A DNA stretch of 64,000 nucleotides, taken from NCBI GenBank assembly GCA_964036045.1, contig OZ038378.1, positions 54,498,001 through 54,562,000 on the forward strand, in the 5' to 3' direction. The notes under the pieces are model-generated. The model saw only the letters and a list, made by a program, of their open reading frames with translations. It searched no databases and had not been told where the DNA came from. This DNA comes from Eutreptiella sp. 'Long Island Sound 2002'. Taxonomy: Eukaryota > Protista > Euglenida. Both the position numbers and the translations under genes were made by a program. Of this stretch, positions 62,206 to 64,000 are shown piece after piece (the first letter of the stretch is position 1; each line of letters starts with the position of its first letter).

Positions 62206-63987
62206 CTACCCCCTCCGCTGCGTCCAGCGTAGGGACGGTAGCTGGTGCACCCACAATTCCCAACCCCATCTATCTGCACCCCCGGCTCCCACCACGCCGT
62301 CACCATTTCCTCCGCGATGCCACAACCAGAGTATCCGTGAGTCGCCCTCCAGAGCCGCCCACCACAGCATCAGGGGCAGGGCCGCAGACGGCGCTCCAGG
62401 GCACCGTACCCCTTCCACTCGGACGCTCTTGAGGCCACCCTGGATAGTCTTCCAGGCACTAGAGGACATCTGTCCAGAGTGCCGCAGTGCCCACCTCGCC
62501 TTAGGCCATCCCCTATCGGCACGCTCCTTACATGTCCCACACAGCGGGACGGAGGCACACTGATGAACCCAAACTGACACTGTTTCCCCGCACCCGTGGC
62601 ATCGCTGCGGAAGCACAGACCGCGACGGAACGCAGCTACCATCACAACACTGCGACCACAGGTCCTGCCATACATCGCAGCACGCGTCCTGGAGTCCGAG
62701 CAAAGCACCCGCCAGCGTGCGTGCTGTGGCACAACTGAGGAGGCTGCGCCTCGCTTCCTCCCACGTGGACACCGGGCGGAGTATCGGTTGCCCGTCGGGC
62801 ATCACCGGCAGGCTCTCAAGCAGCCGGGGCCACCGCGCCACTTTGGGACTGTGTGTGCCATGTGCCAGGAGCTCCCAACCGTAGTCCCGTAAGACCTCCC
62901 CGATGACATCAACCCCGTCCTGCTCCGGGCCCCTGGCGGAAGCCGGAACCAAGCGTTGTCCTCCCGCCCGAGCCTCAATGACCGCCTCGAGGCCCAGGGT
63001 GTCAAGGGTGTGACGGGCATCGGCAGCCACGTGGTCGTCCCCCTCTGGCAGAGAGAACATGGCCTCCGTGACGTGGCCCTGCGCGTCGTCGCCCTGTACC
63101 CGTGCCAGCTGCTTGGAGCCCACTAACACCGCCATGGACCGCTGCTCCGTGACCGCTGGTACGGCTCGTCGCAGCTGCCGGTCATACAACCACAACGTAC
63201 CCACGTCATGTACGACAGCCACCGCCAGGATTGGGAGACTGCACAGAGGTTGCTGAAGGACCGGCAGCACCTCGCGAGGCCAGCCCATGACGTTCCCCAC
63301 AGCTGGATGGTTGGCGTACACCTGAAGCCAGGGATCACTCTGGCCGTCAGGGCTTCTCACCTTGGTACCACGCACCTGGGCCCACGATTGCGCCGACACC
63401 ACGCGGGACCACTCCCTGAACGTCGTGATGTCCCGCGCCACCCAGGAACCGATCCACAGGTCGAAGGCCTGCGCCACCGCCGCCATCCAGTGAGGGAACA
63501 AGGACAGGGCCTCTTCATGCTCGATGCACGACCGCGACAGCAGCAGTGCGTGCAGCGGTGCCCTCTGAAAGGTTGCCCGCAGGTCGCCGGGGTGGCCGGC
63601 AAACGGGTTCCACGGCGGACGCTGCAGGATCCTCCCTGCCGGCGGGCAGAAGGGTGTGTCACCGCGCAGGAACGCGTATACCGCCCTCCTTCGATCTTGC
63701 ATCGGCAGCTGCATGATCTGGGTGAGCCGATGGTTCCTGCGGGCATACACATCTTCCCCAATCTGGACCATGTCCTCCACAAAGAGCCTGGCCTTGGCAG
63801 GGGCCCGGGACGACGCCGCTCGCACCGCAGCGAACAGCCGCTTCAGGTCCCCGGGGACGACACCCGCCATCAGGGATTCAGTCCACCTGCAGCCATGCTC
63901 CCTCCACGCCACGAACTCCACCGCCCTGTCTGTCAGGGGTAGCTCCGCCGTGAACTCCTCCAGACACCTGCACAGGAGCCCAGCCAC
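62206..63987 (-). CDS. C-terminal 593+ aa of a probable retroelement ORF with a CxxC...C...CxxC finger
   Basis: The frame appears open to the window edge. GVVPGDLKRLF...VYARRN resembles the post-RT tail of LINE ORF2 proteins, and QRCHGCGE....HQCASVPLCGTC is a candidate Zn finger. Confidence 0.55.
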   Translation of the reverse strand: MAGLLCRCLEEFTAELPLTDRAVEFVAWREHGCRWTESLMAGVVPGDLKRLFAAVRAASSRAPAKARLFVEDMVQIGEDVYARRNHRLTQIMQLPMQDRRRAVYAFLRGDTPFCPPAGRILQRPPWNPFAGHPGDLRATFQRAPLHALLLSRSCIEHEEALSLFPHWMAAVAQAFDLWIGSWVARDITTFREWSRVVSAQSWAQVRGTKVRSPDGQSDPWLQVYANHPAVGNVMGWPREVLPVLQQPLCSLPILAVAVVHDVGTLWLYDRQLRRAVPAVTEQRSMAVLVGSKQLARVQGDDAQGHVTEAMFSLPEGDDHVAADARHTLDTLGLEAVIEARAGGQRLVPASARGPEQDGVDVIGEVLRDYGWELLAHGTHSPKVARWPRLLESLPVMPDGQPILRPVSTWEEARRSLLSCATARTLAGALLGLQDACCDVWQDLWSQCCDGSCVPSRSVLPQRCHGCGETVSVWVHQCASVPLCGTCKERADRGWPKARWALRHSGQMSSSAWKTIQGGLKSVRVEGVRCPGAPSAALPLMLWWAALEGDSRILWLWHRGGNGDGVVGAGGADRWGWELWVHQLPSLRWTQRRG

Positions 63988-64000
63988 CTCCTCGTCCCGC

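Overview
Eukaryotic, transposon-dense DNA with no intact host gene, rRNA, tRNA or CRISPR array. The likely source is a photosynthetic euglenid, inferred from a decayed LHCII polyprotein retrocopy at 19.8-22.0 kb. The main signal is a cluster of modular DNA transposons in the first 27 kb. Element A (151-4316) and element B (6135-13634) both have CC...GG terminal inverted repeats and an apparent 2-bp TA target duplication. Both carry a transposase with RAG1/Transib-type catalytic and Zn motifs, intact at 587 aa in A. Both also carry a homologous cargo gene built from an unknown N-terminal domain and a PhyH-like 2OG-Fe(II) dioxygenase. Every gene boundary inside each element is marked by a hairpin array of an element-specific, roughly 11-bp odd palindrome (CGAAWTTCG in A, GCTCASTGAGC in B). 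B has an extra middle gene and is nested in-frame inside a DUF6589/Academ-like transposase relic. A third, more decayed relative (C, about 22.35-27.5 kb) uses a TTCAAA/TTTGAA motif. The rest of the window holds a 5'-truncated RT-RNase H LINE with a perfect 20-bp TSD, a second retroelement ending in (TA)n whose 3' end is also fused to the LHC retrocopy, a decayed 2-kb tandem unit, and several satellites, one with foldback symmetry. Decay shows a CG plus CWG deamination pattern. All family assignments are motif recognition by eye; no searches were run.
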